Positions 27,560 to 40,317 are shown, numbered from the whole stretch's first letter. The stretch: 63,717 bases of DNA, filler included, from Pelomyxa schiedti (GCA_020536535.1; 10 parts of 10 records of this genome joined end to end with filler, not necessarily neighbours in it); one strand, 5' to 3'. Program-made: numbers and translations. Notes: a model not told the origin generated them from the letters alone.

Positions 27560-28789
27560 TTAGAAGGTGGAGTGGGGAATCAGAAAATACCTTGGGATAT
27601 CAAGAGAGAGAACAGTGAACTCCGTAAAGCTATCGATTACATTCACCTTGTTGCCAACAATATCGAAAAGAAATCCAGAGTGCCCCATGAGCTTCGAAAT
27701 CTGTTGTTGGATTCTTGAATCAGGTGACACCAACTGTATGACCTTAAGAGGCTTGGAGGTGTCGTTGCAATCCCAAATTTCGCATGAGTATCCACTCGGT
27801 GAAAGCAAGCAGAACAGGTTCTCACTGAGGGCAGTCACGTCCAGGCATGTGGTGTTAAGCCACTTGAGGTTCTCAAAAGGCACGCCCAACCTCCCCTCCT
27901 GCAGCTCCGCGGCACCGCCTGTACGCCACACGGTAATAAAGGTGTATTCACCACTGTGCTTCCTCATTCTCACAATGGAGCTGAAGCATTGCTTTATGAC
28001 AGGGACCTTGATGCTCGTATCTCCATGCCCCGTGTCACTACCCTCCCCCATGTCCAGCCTCATCAAAGTGACTTCCACCACGGATCCAAGACTCAGCCCC
28101 GACTTGGGCAGCTGGATATACACCAGGAAAAACTCCCCCAAAAGGTAGTCGACTCGCACAAAGGCCTGCCACCCCATCAAGGGCAGGAACCACGGCTTGG
28201 GCTTGGCCCCCAGCTTGTCGCCTACGGGAATATCAACACCTCCCAGCCACTGGTTCCGGCCTCCGAATCTCTCAGAAGCCAGCCCAAACGCCACCTTGCG
28301 AGAACTGACCGCCGCGCTCACGAACTCAGTGATGGGATACACGTCCTGGATCGTGTCTTGCACCAGCACAGCCTCCTCCCTCCTCGGGCCGCCAACGGCC
28401 GCGCGATCGCAGAAGACCAACTTGCTGCAGCCCCTCGTGGTCACGTAGCTGTCCCAGTCCACGGTCCACGCCAGGCCGCCGTCGATGGAGGCGACGGCGA
28501 CGGCGGTCGTGAGGCCCAGCGTCGAGAGCGACGCGCCGAACGAGAATCTTGTGGAGGACTCGGGCTTGAACCACAGCGTGATCACGAACCTCCTCTCGGT
28601 GCCCTTGACCCAGTCGTCCCATAATAGATGCAGCGCGGTGGGGGTCGTGAACCTCGCTGGGCTCGTGGTGCCGCAGCGTGGGTGTGCACCGGCGCCCAAG
28701 GCGAGGATCTGGCTCACGGCACTAATTGATCGCCCACAAGTCCGCGGCTGCTGTTTCGCAGCCCTAGAAGCAGGAGTTGTTGTTGGCAT
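27560..28789 (-). CDS. Intronless hypothetical protein of a lineage-expanded family (409 aa)
   Basis: Single 409-aa ORF with ATG and a GC-rich 5' half. N-terminal GAHPRCGTTSPAR motif. No recognisable domain. Confidence 0.72.
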   Translation of the reverse strand: MPTTTPASRAAKQQPRTCGRSISAVSQILALGAGAHPRCGTTSPARFTTPTALHLLWDDWVKGTERRFVITLWFKPESSTRFSFGASLSTLGLTTAVAVASIDGGLAWTVDWDSYVTTRGCSKLVFCDRAAVGGPRREEAVLVQDTIQDVYPITEFVSAAVSSRKVAFGLASERFGGRNQWLGGVDIPVGDKLGAKPKPWFLPLMGWQAFVRVDYLLGEFFLVYIQLPKSGLSLGSVVEVTLMRLDMGEGSDTGHGDTSIKVPVIKQCFSSIVRMRKHSGEYTFITVWRTGGAAELQEGRLGVPFENLKWLNTTCLDVTALSENLFCLLSPSGYSCEIWDCNDTSKPLKVIQLVSPDSRIQQQISKLMGHSGFLFDIVGNKVNVIDSFTEFTVLSLDIPRYFLIPHSTF

Positions 28790-29356
28790 CGATTTTCTTT
28801 GCGCTATTGAGCTGTGGAAAACAGGGGTTTAAAAAGGGTGGAGGCAGGGAAGTAGTGCTAAAAGGCTGACGTCAAAGAGGATTGGCTTTTCTACCCAAAA
28901 TGTCGATCACCTCGCAACACGCAGGCATTGCTCACAAGTTTTATTTTGTCCCTTTAAAAGATTACACAACTTGGTTCTTGATTGATTCGAGGAAGAAGCT
29001 CTTCAAGCCAAATCAGACGTGGAGCTCTGTGTGATATCTTTGGGGAAATTTGAGTTGTTTTCCCACCCTTTATTTTTATACCCTTGCCCCGCCTTAGCCC
29101 GCTTTACCCAACCCGTAGTAGTATTTATAGTTTACTATGTGTTTTGGTTGTTGGGTGTTTTTGCTATAACTGAATGGAAGTAAAAGTCTTCTAGTGTGGC
29201 CGTATGTAGTTATCAAGGCCTCCAATCGTGCTTTGGAAAGGAAAAGAAGAAAGGATAACAAAAAGGTCATATGGTTCCCAACACCCTTGGTGCCCTCCCA
29301 ACCCAGAAACCCAAAAAGAAACCCCCCCAATCAAAAACCCCCCCAATCACACCCTG

Positions 29357-32300
29357 TTAAATGGAGGAAGCCAGAGACAGTTCCAAGTACCTTCTGGAAC
29401 CCATCATGGCATTGTTCCGTTCATGTACTGCACGTGATGCTTCCTGTGGCGAGCTAAATGCAACCAAACAATCACCATTCGGCCGCCCATCGGGCGCTTG
29501 TATGTGGATTGTTTGCCGGAGGATATCATAGCTGTGAAGAATTGAGAATCAAGAGTAAAGGAATGTTGGAAATACCCATTGAAGAAAACAGCCACGTCAT
29601 TTGGTGTTGCACTGAACGGGAGTCCTCTTATTCGTACAACACAGCCTGCTAGACAAAGCTGCTGTAGCAACACAAGTTGTTGAGATGAAATGCCATCCTC
29701 AGCGGGTTGAGTAGGACTGGCATGAGCAAGTAAAGAAGGGTCCGAGGAAACAGGTTGCGGAAAATACGAATAGTAATTCTGTGTGTCTGGGGAGGTTTGT
29801 TGTGGAAAAGTGGGGTTGAACTGTGGAAACATTGGAAGTCCGTAATCTGGAGGAATTTGAGAAGGTGGCCAACCACCATACAATCCCTGTTTAGGCTTTA
29901 AAAAGGTTTCCTGCAAGTGTTTGTTTTTACCTGAAAGGAAGGAGGATAGGAATACAACCCCATCAGTCCTGGAGTACCATATGATAAAAATCCTATAAAT
30001 CATAAGTGAAAGAAGAATAGGGGAAAGCCAACTTTGATTGGGTATTCTGCTTCGCCCATTTAGAACCCATTGAACTTCCGATTTAGAACATCTGAAAACT
30101 TCTATATATCTGTTTAGAATCTGTTCTTTGTGCTTGGCCATAGCTCGCTGGGCATCCTTTCAAACATATGTTTTTGGTTTGTTTGAGGCAACAAGGTATT
30201 TTGTTTCAGTGCTATTGAGTTGTGTATCGTGGAAGGGTGGGGAGTGTGGGAAGAGGTGCGCAAAAGTTTGTTAGATCGGAAAAGGAACCCAAAACCCACT
30301 TCCTCTGTGGCAAATTCAACATATGCTTCACCTGAAGGCCTCTCATTTTCGTTGAATACAAAGTGAATCCCATTAGTGGCAATAGTCAATCCGCTAAAAA
30401 AGTTTACGATATCATGCTCTGGTGATTCGATTAGATAAGTTTGACATTAGCGTTCAAATAGTCATTACCTGTTGCACTATAGGGAAGCCCTCTAACTCTG
30501 ACACAAACCATTTCGTTCTTCCGCCCACCACCTTCAGAGGAATTTGGATCTGTGCCAGAGGAAGCTCCGAGCTGTTGGTTTGAGTAAAGGAGAAAGACAA
30601 AAAACAAGCACATACAGCAGCATACATCCCATAAATCCCTCCCATTTTGTGTTCCAAAATAGAAAGAAGCTCTCCTTTTGTGCATCTTTGAACTATTATT
30701 CACACCAAAAAAAAAAGAGATAATGTACCGGAAGAGCTCTATGTATCTGTTACCCAAAACGGCTTTATTTCTGGAGAGAAGTGCCCTAGTTGCTAAGTCC
30801 TCAGTGGAGAATTCGACGTAGGCATCACCTTAGTCAGAATTAATAACTGTCACTTGACAGGAATGTACCTGTATTCCTTCCATCAGCATTTTGCATTATA
30901 TGAACATTTTGGGGTTGCACATCAAATCCCATAAAAAATTGTTGAATGTCCTCTGTAGAGGCACTGAAAGGTAATCCTCGAAGTCTGAGTACACCCTACA
31001 CATTTAATTTAATTTGAGCCACCAGATACGTAATGGAATTAACCTGATAATTGTAATCGGTGGTTGGGTCACATAGAGCTGAGAGAACCGCAAAACTTGA
31101 GGCAATATTGGGGGCTTTAGGAGCAAGGGCTCTTGTAAGCTCGGCTCTTGTGGCCTAGTTCAATAAGGCCACTGTGATTAAATGGAAAAAGTACCTTGAA
31201 AATCTCTATGTAACGATGTGCCATGTGTTGTTTGTTCCTTGCCAGAGCTTTTTCTGCATCAAGTTCATTTGTAAATTCCACGTAAGCTTCTCCTTCACAG
31301 ATATTAATTTGCAGAACCAAAACAAAAGTGAACCTGAAGGTCGGCCATGTTGATTGAGGATTATTCTTATACCATGACCTTTTACAATATGCAGACCATT
31401 GAAAAATGACTCAATATCTCTGTCAGTAGCTTGCCAAGGAAGGCCACGCAGTTTTACAATAGATTCAGGAGCAGGAGCCTCTAAAAAAACCCTCACTTGA
31501 TTGATTTCCGTGGGAAGTAAACAAACCAGCATTTTGAGGATAGAAGTTATTTCTTTGCTGGATCTGTGCCTCAGGTGGTGTGGGTTTCTCAAGATAGAAA
31601 TGATGGCCTTTTGAAGTAAATAAATAATAACGATAACGATGTTCTACCTTCTTTAGTCATATGAAATAATACTTTGGAGATTGTTAGACAAATATCCAAG
31701 GCTAAAGACCCATAAATAAAAATTGGAGTACCAACTCAGTTTTACCAGAAAATGGGCAGGTGCTACTATCTCGCTCAATAGAAAGCTCTTTTGGAAGTAG
31801 TAAGCAGAATAAAAACGAACTGGAACCATACGATCTAGAATAGCATTCAAGTTTGGGAAATCCTTATTGTAAGCACTGGAACATTTTTTGAGGAGATTAA
31901 CATGTGGCATAACCTTGAAAAAGTTTTAGTATTCTTCTTGCTTGGTGACACTTACTGGTTGCAAAGAGGTGTCCCTGGGTAGAAGCATAGAATCGGCCCA
32001 TTCTCCAGCAGTAATCATACATATTTCCTTTTCGACTATATGCTGAACTTGTATGGTCAACTGAACAGTATTTTTAGGTAAAATGAGACTGATAGGTTGA
32101 TAACAATACCTGACACAGCGCATCTGACAGTGACAAGGCTGAACCAACTGAGGTTCTGTAGCTATCCTCTTGAGTCATGTTTTCGACAGGTGTAGAGCCC
32201 TCTTGTGAGATTAAAACAACGACATTACGTGAAATGACCATGCTGCGCTGAAGGTCGACAATTATCCTGTTGTACGCACATGAATTTAAGAAGGCATATG

Positions 32301-33073
32301 AGGATGGGAGTGAGACCATGCAATGTGATCCGTAGATAGTTTTACATCTTCTTTCTTCTTTGAAAAGGCAGAAACCACAACAAACTCAGAAGGTGTCCCA
32401 CGTGCTGCCTCACCACTAGCTGCTGGTTTATCTAAGTATAGTGAATAATGGGGTAAACAAAAAAAAAAAAAAAAAAAAGCTCTGAATAGTAAGGTTCATT
32501 CTTACTTGGTGCAGTAGTAGCCGCAGTAGAAGCAACAGAAGACGAAGAACCCAAAGGAATAAAGTCGGAGGAAGCAGAATTGGCGGGACCATCAACAGCG
32601 GCAGCGGGCTTCGTCTCGCCCCCCAGCTGTTTCTGCGTTGCCTGATCACCACCACCACCACCACCCACCACCACCTGCTGCTGCGGCTGCAAAGCCTGCA
32701 GTGCTGGGTTCGACGACAGAGGCGGCTGCCTCTGCGACTGCAGGCTTCGGAACAGAGGCGGGTGCGGGTGGCCCGGGTACCCCGGCGGCGGTTGTTGTTG
32801 CTGCTGCGGCTGCCCCTGCGGTTGGTTGGGCGCTAGAAGCGGCTGGCGAGAGGGAGGGGCGGGGGCGGGAGACGGCGGCGGCGGCACCGCGGGAGGGGCC
32901 GCGGGTGCGTGTTGCATCTGCGGAGGGTGGTGCACTTGGTGGGGCCCCTGCGGCTGAGTGGCGGAAGGCGTGGTGGTGGTCGAGGACGGCGCAGGGCTTG
33001 GCTGGGGAACAACTAGGGTAGCCGCGCTGCAATACGACGTAGGAAGACTTTCGGTACTGCAAGGGGTGCTCAT
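29357..33073 (-). CDS. ESRP/hnRNP-F/H-type RNA-binding protein with four quasi-RRMs and an N-terminal exonuclease-like domain
   Basis: Four LRGLP(W/F/Y) motifs with EAYVEF and RYIE(I/L/V)F. The preceding exons (WIIVDLQ, SALSLSDALCQ, CMITAGEW, VNLLKK) resemble the ESRP DnaQ-like domain. Stop at 29357-29359. Confidence 0.8.
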
Positions 33074-33401
33074 AACAACAACGTAAACACTTTTATTTTG
33101 AGACAATCAATAAGCCCTTTTTCAAATCAGACTGGCTGAATGTTAGCGGGGTTGTGGTGTATGAAGGGAAGAAGCAAAAACCACCCAAAAGTGTGGAGTG
33201 AAACGAACCAAACACCCACAAGAACCCAGAACAAAAAAGAAGCCACTACATCTTTTCTTATTTATTACTTATTTTACATTAGGTACTATACTTTGTAAGG
33301 GATCAAAACCGGCCGTGCCCGAAATTTTTTCCCCCCTCAAAAAAAGAAACACAGCCAACAAGCTCAGTCAGTAGTTGTCCCAGCATGTTGGATGTTGAGA
33401 G

Positions 33402-33652
33402 ATGGACAGATGGGTGGAGGGACAACCCAACAACAAAGGAGGCCAAGGAGAGTGCGGGCTCATATTTTTTTCAAAAATATTCTTCGAAATTCCGTTCCAA
33501 GCTTTTCCAACACCACACAGTACGTGCTGTCGTTCAACCGACGGCCTCAATTTCGTAGCTATTGGCCTCGCACCCGACGAGGGCACCGAGCCAGACGCCT
33601 CCCAGGGAGGCAAACCACCACCCGTGACCGGACTAGGGGGTGTTTGGGATAG

Positions 33653-33684
<32 letters not shown>

Positions 33685-35263
33685 TACGAAGTCGGCGCTG
33701 GCTACCTTGCATAGAGAACTGAAGAGCTGGGCTGTCAAGATATGGCCCACTTTGTGAGGGATAGCGGACTTTGCAAGTCTGACAAGTTGACACCGTTCAA
33801 AGCAGGAATAAATAAGGCGATAAAGAAGCATCTGCCAGTTTCACTCAGCAAAGCAAGGGATCTTGCAATAAAAAACAAACCAAATAGCTCACTATTGCAG
33901 CGTATAAGTAGTACTGAGTACTATGTCCCCCCCTGGTGATTAACATTCTCTCTGGACATTTGTATACCGCGCCAACTTTCTTTGTGAATCGTCGCATCTC
34001 TGTTGACTCTTTACTGCATAATATTATTTTCCATTGCGCTGGAGTGGCTAAATCCCAATTCCGTCAGTATTCTTATGCAAAACATGGTATGTTTTTACTT
34101 GACGAAAACCAATTCTAATCAAACTCAAAGATAGCGAGCCTTGGAAAGTGGAAACGCTCTATGGAACTGGTGGGAGGAAGATAACTAATCTGGGGCAGTT
34201 TATACAAGCGATTGGGCTCGGCTATGCTGCTGCATTAACGCACAGCCTTCTTCTGTTTCCCTTGGGCAAGAACCTTGTGGCAACATTCATTACCATAAAG
34301 TTGTTGGGCAACATCATACAACCATTATCTGGTATCTGCTGTATGGCTCAACTCCTCGCCTCACACAAGCTGAACATAGAGGAGCCCCCTCCAATTTCCC
34401 AAATTAACATGGACGAATGCGATTGTTTCTTGAGGGTGATTATGGATGTACATTCAATCCTCTGGATGCTCGACGACTCCCCTGGAGTGCCCTTCAAAAT
34501 CGCAGACACTTTTGACGCACCCTTATTTCTACATCTGATTGCGGCAATACATTACCCACCGGCGTTCCCAGATGCGGCACTGTGGCACGCTATAAACCTT
34601 GCCAAGGATATTATCCAGCTTTCGAAAGTTGATGTAGATGCTCTTCACAGCTTTATGTGTACCCCACAGTCTCCAACAGTACAAATTCCACCGCCGGCTG
34701 TACCCTACAAGGAACCACTCATCCAGATACCTCCGGCCCCGCAAACAGACGTGATTTTTATCGACGCATCATCTACTCAGAATAGTTTCATCCGTGAATT
34801 GCTCCAAAGAAGAAGAGAAATAACCGCAGTGCAGCAAGCAACCCTCGAGCTGAATTCACAAACTGCTGCACTTGAAAAGGCACTTACTGTTCTTCAAGAT
34901 AAGGAGAAGCATAAGAGGGTAGTTCGCTTTCTAATAAGTATGTACTCGTCCATATCCTGATTTGCCACACTCTTATTTTGCACTTTAGGCATTGGATTGT
35001 TGGACTCAGAAGCAAAGAAGGTGAAGGTAGCCACTTTGAAACTGTTCCTTTCAGGAAGGGGCGTCAAGGGCCTCAGTGGGAAAAACTGGCCTTCACTCAT
35101 ATATCTAGTGGACGAAATAAGCCAAGAGTGGACGGAAAAAGACACACAAAATTTGTACACAAACCTCCGGCACTTGGGGCTGATTTCATCACGTTTGGAA
35201 GTTACCCAACAAGACAAAAAAAGTTCGAGGGTTAAAACAAAAAAAATCGTTTCATTCATCTAG
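33402..35263 (+). CDS. Hypothetical multi-exon protein (DTFDAPLF motif, degenerate SAP-like C-terminus)
   Basis: Successive open exons 33743-33935, 34148-34920 and 34997-35263. The 5' end is uncertain. Confidence 0.5.
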
Positions 35264-35359
35264 CCTAGTTAATTCTGTTGAAACTGTGTGTAATGAAAGA
35301 GGAATGGGTTTAATGAATGGTTGTTACATTTTTGTTCGTGGAGTTTCTGGAAAGTGCCG

Positions 35360-36089
35360 CTAGAGCCTGACTAGTTTTGTTATGGACCATCCACACAGTT
35401 GCATGGTGCCTGTGCCTTCAGTGTAGTTGACGCCAACGCCAACAGACATGAACTTGGCATCAGGGGAATGCCTAGAGCCTGTTGGACCCATTATCCACTT
35501 GAGGTGAACCCACGTAGCAGTTGGCAACTTCAGCCCATTGGTGTGATAGTACCAGAAGGAGTGGCCCTGGGGTGCCAAGTTTTCACCCTGCCAGTCCCAC
35601 TCATATGCAGTTGGGTATTGTACCTTGGGGTCACCATCCCCCATCCACTTCAGCCACCCTAGAGTCAATCAGAACATAACAATTGCAGGTGTGAACTTCA
35701 TTTGCCCTTTTTTTTTTGTTTTTAAACACAAGATACTCCCAAAACAATTACGAAAATATATAGGTATAAGGTGGCACACCCTCACACAAATAATCCTCAG
35801 TTGTAGAAATAGGGACGTGAGCCGTTTCGAGCCAGGTGCAACCAGAGACAACAGTAACCATCGACCCAAGTGGTGCATCTGGGATAGCCATTTCAGTACA
35901 CCTGCCTCTGTGGTAGTTTTGGTCAGCGCTGTAGTTGTCACACACACTACCCAACCCCCATCCCATCATATAATATCTTCGGCCGCGTTCTTCTTCTTGA
36001 AGAATGCGAGAGGAGGAGTTGATGTACCCGTGTCCCCGCACGAAGCGCAGGGCGGCGCTAGGTCCCACTAACGGCACCCCGAGGTTCAT
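35360..36089 (-). CDS. Small Trp/aromatic-rich beta-sandwich-like protein, copy 1
   Basis: Exons give ...ADQNYHRGRC...HVPISTTEDYLCE|GWLKWMG...NYTEGTG. All five exon substitutions I found versus copy 2 are synonymous in this frame. Confidence 0.7.
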
Positions 36090-36249
36090 TTCGTCCGTTT
36101 TTTTTTTTTTTTTTGTGAACACCAAAGGAAAGTGAAAGGTGTTCGTTCTGGAGCTCCAGAGAAACCTCCACCAACACACTGACTGTTATCTTCAGTTGGG
36201 GTCCTGAGAGCTGCCAATTCTCATCAATCAAAAAAGGACACCGGTGAAG

Positions 36250-37330
36250 ATGGTCGGCCTGATAGGGCCATTGGTTGTGGGCGGTTTGGTATTGGCCGTG
36301 GGGCTGGGTCTCTGGAAGTTTGTTTTGAGGACATTCCCAAATGTCAGAAGATGGTTATTGGGAATGTTTCTGCACCTTGTTTTCACAATTGCTGTGAATA
36401 AAAAGGCCAAGGTATATGAACACCATACCAAGAGTGTATCAATGTCTGTGTCCGTAAACATTGCGCCAAAACTACTCTAATGTGACATTACAGTTCTCTA
36501 ATCAAACACAATTCACAAAAGGGTAAATACAGAGCGAGGTTATTGAGTGGAAGTGATGCGAACGTTGTTGCTGAGTTATTTTTCCAATGCTTTAACGAAG
36601 GGGAGCCCCTGTGCTATAAAAAATTGGATCCTGCGGGAGCCAGGGCTTGGGTCCAGTGTGCACTTTCAGATGACACCTTCACAGTTGAGTATATTATTAT
36701 ACTTTTGTTATATTGTATTGGAATATATGTCTAATTACCATTCAAACTTCGCAGCAATATTCAATTGCGATCGAAGAGGTACAAAGTGGAAAAATGGTTT
36801 CTGTTGCATTGAATAAAGACTGGGCTGCTAGTATTCGAGACCAGCAAGAGGGTCCATTTGATCAACATCTGCAGATTATCTTTGCCTATCTGGATGAGAT
36901 AGAAACAAAGTTCATGGAACAATCATGCCGGCAATTAGGTACACCCCGCGTGCCGGCAGGCTTTTGCTTGGAGATGTTTGTTTTTCTGACATGCCCTGAG
37001 CATGAAGGCCTTGGAATCACTGCCGCATGTTCCGTTGCCAGTGTGGCATTATCTTTTGTACTTGGATTTCCAAAAATGTGCTGCATCACAACAAATGCCA
37101 AGACAGGAATGAGAGCTGGCAGGACACTGTGCAAAATAGGTTCCTCTGATCCCAGCCAGTGGGAACATCCACCCGGGTCAGGAACCAAACCCTTTGCAGG
37201 AAACACCAATGAAGTGACCTTTTGGCAAATCAAAACCGAGGACATAAAGGACTCACAACGATGGAATGGCTTTGCCCTCTCGGTCCTAAGGTGGATAATA
37301 AAAGAAATAGGACACTTCCTTCTCACTTAA
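36250..37330 (+). CDS. GNAT acetyltransferase, insect-type arylalkylamine N-acetyltransferase-like, with an N-terminal hydrophobic anchor
   Basis: FFQCFNEGEPL, SIAIE..SGKMVSVALN, LTCPEHEGLGIT, GFPKMCCITTN, GTKPF. The hydrophobic leader MVGLIGPLVVGGLVLAVGLGLW is in frame. Confidence 0.68.
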
Positions 37331-37666
37331 AACTCCGTCATTGCCCCTACACCGTTTTTGTTGAAAAAAAAAAGCGTTCAAACGGAAAAACCGAACATCA
37401 TCCGAAAACCCCCCAAAAAAATGAGTTCAACACCACCCTAATTCCAAAAGTTGCCCAATTTAAGCTTCGAATCGGAACCAAACTGAGGCTCCAAATTGCT
37501 TAACTAGTGCACACTTTGGACAAAGTGCAGCGTGATCAAAACTGTTCCACTTTGAGCATGCTCAAGGTGGGGCCACTTAGGAGTTCCAGGGTGGGAGAAA
37601 TTTGGTGGCTACAAACAGGGCACAGAAAGGAAGAAATTTTCAATGAAAAAGTTTTTTTTATTGTAC

Positions 37667-38424
37667 TCAGAGCTTAAGAAAGCTCTGTAATGCCTGTGAG
37701 GGTGGGCAATCCACTCTTGGTGGTGGTGCACAGGGCCGNNNNNNNNNNNNNNNNNNNNNNNNNNNNNNNNNNNNNNNNNNNNNNNNNNNNNNNNNNNNNN
37801 NNNNNNNNNNNNNNNNNNNNNNNNNNNNNNNNNNNNNNGGTGAACCCACGTAGCAGTTGGCAACTTCAGCCCATTGGTGTGATAGTACCAGAAGGAGTGG
37901 CCCTGGGGTGCCAAGTTTTCACCCTGCCAGTCCCACTCATATGCAGTTGGGTATTGTACTTTGGGGTCACCATCCCCCATCCACTTCAGCCACCCTAGAG
38001 TCAATCAGAACATAACAATTGCAGGTGTGAACTTCATTTGCCCTTTTTTTTTTTGTTTTTAAACACAATATACTCCCAAAACAATTACGAAAATATATAG
38101 GTATAAGGTGGCACACCCTCACACAAATAATCCTCAGTTGTAGAAATAGGAACGTGAGCCGTTTCGAGCCATGTGCAGCCAGAGACAACAGTAACCATTG
38201 ACCCAAGTGGTGCATCTGGGATAGCCATTTCAGTACACCTGCCTCTGTGGTAGTTTTGGTCAGCGCTGTAGTTGTCACACACTACCCAACCCCCATCCCA
38301 TCATATAATATCTTCGGCCGCGTTCTTCTTCTTGAAGAACGCGAGAGGAGGAGTTGATGTACCCGTGTCCCCGCACGAAGCGCAGGGCGGCGCTAGGTCC
38401 CACTAACGGCACCCCGAGGTTCAT
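37667..38424 (-). CDS. Small Trp/aromatic-rich protein, copy 2 (interrupted by a scaffold gap)
   Basis: 37839-38450 is near-identical to 35503-36110. The 3' end lies beyond the N gap and is uncertain. Confidence 0.6.
37739..37838. other. 100-N scaffold gap
   Basis: N run without linker. Confidence 0.99.
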
Positions 38425-38456
38425 GTCGTCCGTTTTTTTTTTTTTTTTTTTTTGAA

Positions 38457-38556
38457 NNNNNNNNNNNNNNNNNNNNNNNNNNNNNNNNNNNNNNNNNNNN
38501 TTAATTAATTAANNNNNNNNNNNNNNNNNNNNNNNNNNNNNNNNNNNNNNNNNNNN
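38457..38556. other. Artificial contig spacer
   Basis: N44-TTAATTAATTAA-N44. Confidence 0.99.
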
Positions 38557-38624
38557 GGAGTTGTCGGAGAATACGATGGCTCCGGAGCTGAATACACTTC
38601 ACGTTCATAATAACCACCACCCAT
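38557..38624 (-). CDS. 5' fragment MGGGYYEREVYSAPEPSYS of a truncated gene (possibly vWA-domain family), copy A
   Basis: ATG at 38624, open into the spacer. An identical start lies at 40385. The family guess is from the N-terminus only. Confidence 0.4.
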
Positions 38625-38861
38625 TGTCGTCAAGATCCAACAGACACACCGTCCCGACCGTTGGTTGGTTTTTGTTTTTTTTGTGGCCTTCTGTTGTTTT
38701 TCCCTGAAAGACACCGTTTCTTTACGAAAAGAACGCATTACAGTTGGGAGACACACAAAGAGGGTTGGAGTTATGCCAAAAACTAGTCAAACATATGTTA
38801 AAACAAGTGGTATAGTGGGTAAATGGGGGTTTGTCACGGGTGTTGTTGAGATTGTGGTGGG

Positions 38862-40217
38862 TCATGGTGCCTGTCGAAGTAAGCTGCGGGACTCGCTCAT
38901 GATTGTGAGGTGCTGGGCCAAGGACTTCCCCACGAGGTTGTTCACGTTGTTGTCATTGTTTATGTAGTCGCGGAGCAGTGCAGAGAAAGCGTCGGCGGCG
39001 GCATCATTCTTCACGTATGTGTGCAGGTGCACCTCGGTTTCAAGATTGCGAAGTTGAGCGTCGGCGGTGACTGGTGATGCCAGATTAGTGGTTTTGTTTT
39101 TGTGTTCATTGGATACCGGTTGGATTCTGTAGTTGAACATCGATGATTCCGTCTAGATTACGACTATAGTACTTAATGTGACCCACGATATCTTCTACGT
39201 CCTTCGGATGTAAAAAACTGCGCAGTACATGCACGATATGACCTGTAATTATGTGTTAGTATTGAGGAGGAAAGCAACCATACCTATGGCGTCATCAGAG
39301 TGGGAAGCATTGACTTGTGCGGTTGCTGATGGAGGGCTTTTGCTTCTGGCCCTCCCTCCTCGGCTCATTTCCCTGGTGTTAGTACAGCGCCGCTTCGGAA
39401 CACTAGGGACTGAGCAGACAGAGGAATCGCAGGGCCCAGTGCCAATGTGAGCACTATACCTTAAGGAGCCACGAAGAACTGTTGTTATAGTACAGGAACC
39501 AGGAGGCGGTGACGGAGTTGTGCTGTCTAGATGCAAGCTGGTTGCCGGAGTATTTAGGTTCATGGTCGTTTGTGGGCGTGGCGCTGTGGCTGTGGGGTAT
39601 TAATTAGAAGTCCAGGAAAACAGTCATCATACGTCTACTTTGACGCGCCCTTGCTTGAAGAACAAAAGGGGGTGACCTGACAAGTGAACCCGGCGAAAGT
39701 TCTACAACAAGGTACAGTGCGGTTTGAAGATGATCCCTGAGGTGAGTGTGGGTGTCAGAGCAGAAATCTGAGGGAGATTTTACCTTGACGAAGAACAACT
39801 GGACATGCAATCATCAAAGACAAAGTGTTCCATGCCATTTGGCAGAGTTGTGGACTGAAAAGGTGCTTGACCCCTAATTCCAATACTCAGAATTTTCTTT
39901 GTGGGGGAGCACTGCTTGCAGGATTCCAATTCTGCCAAAAATTGAGCAAAACTGCCAATTCAACAAAGTCGGAAAATTACCTTCACCTGTACCTTCCTTA
40001 TAGCATTTTGCATTTAGAGCAGCCAAAAGTATATCGTCAGTAGAGAGGTTCATTTGCCGCTTGGACTCAACATGAATCTTAAGAATAAGCTATAAAAATG
40101 TTAGTATTTGTGGAAGTACGGGTAAAAGTACCGAAAACTTCTGGTGCTTAAAAATCTTGTAGGTCGAAAGTGACAGTTCCCCAATGGGAGCACTCGGAAG
40201 GGTAACGTCAGGCCCGT
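38862..40217 (-). CDS. CudA-like transcription factor, copy A (5' part lost in the gap)
   Basis: Same exons as copy B. A 5-nt indel near the C-terminus gives an earlier stop (RQAP*). Confidence 0.55.
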
Positions 40218-40317
40218 NNNNNNNNNNNNNNNNNNNNNNNNNNNNNNNNNNNNNNNNNNNNNNNNNNNNNNNNNNNNNNNNNNNNNNNNNNNNNNNNNNN
40301 NNNNNNNNNNNNNNNNN
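40218..40317. other. 100-N scaffold gap
   Basis: N run without linker. Confidence 0.99.

Noticed and set aside
33655-33684. Long poly-G runs (also 62205-62221) as functional elements
   Set aside because: Homopolymer lengths are unreliable, and one run terminates a contig.
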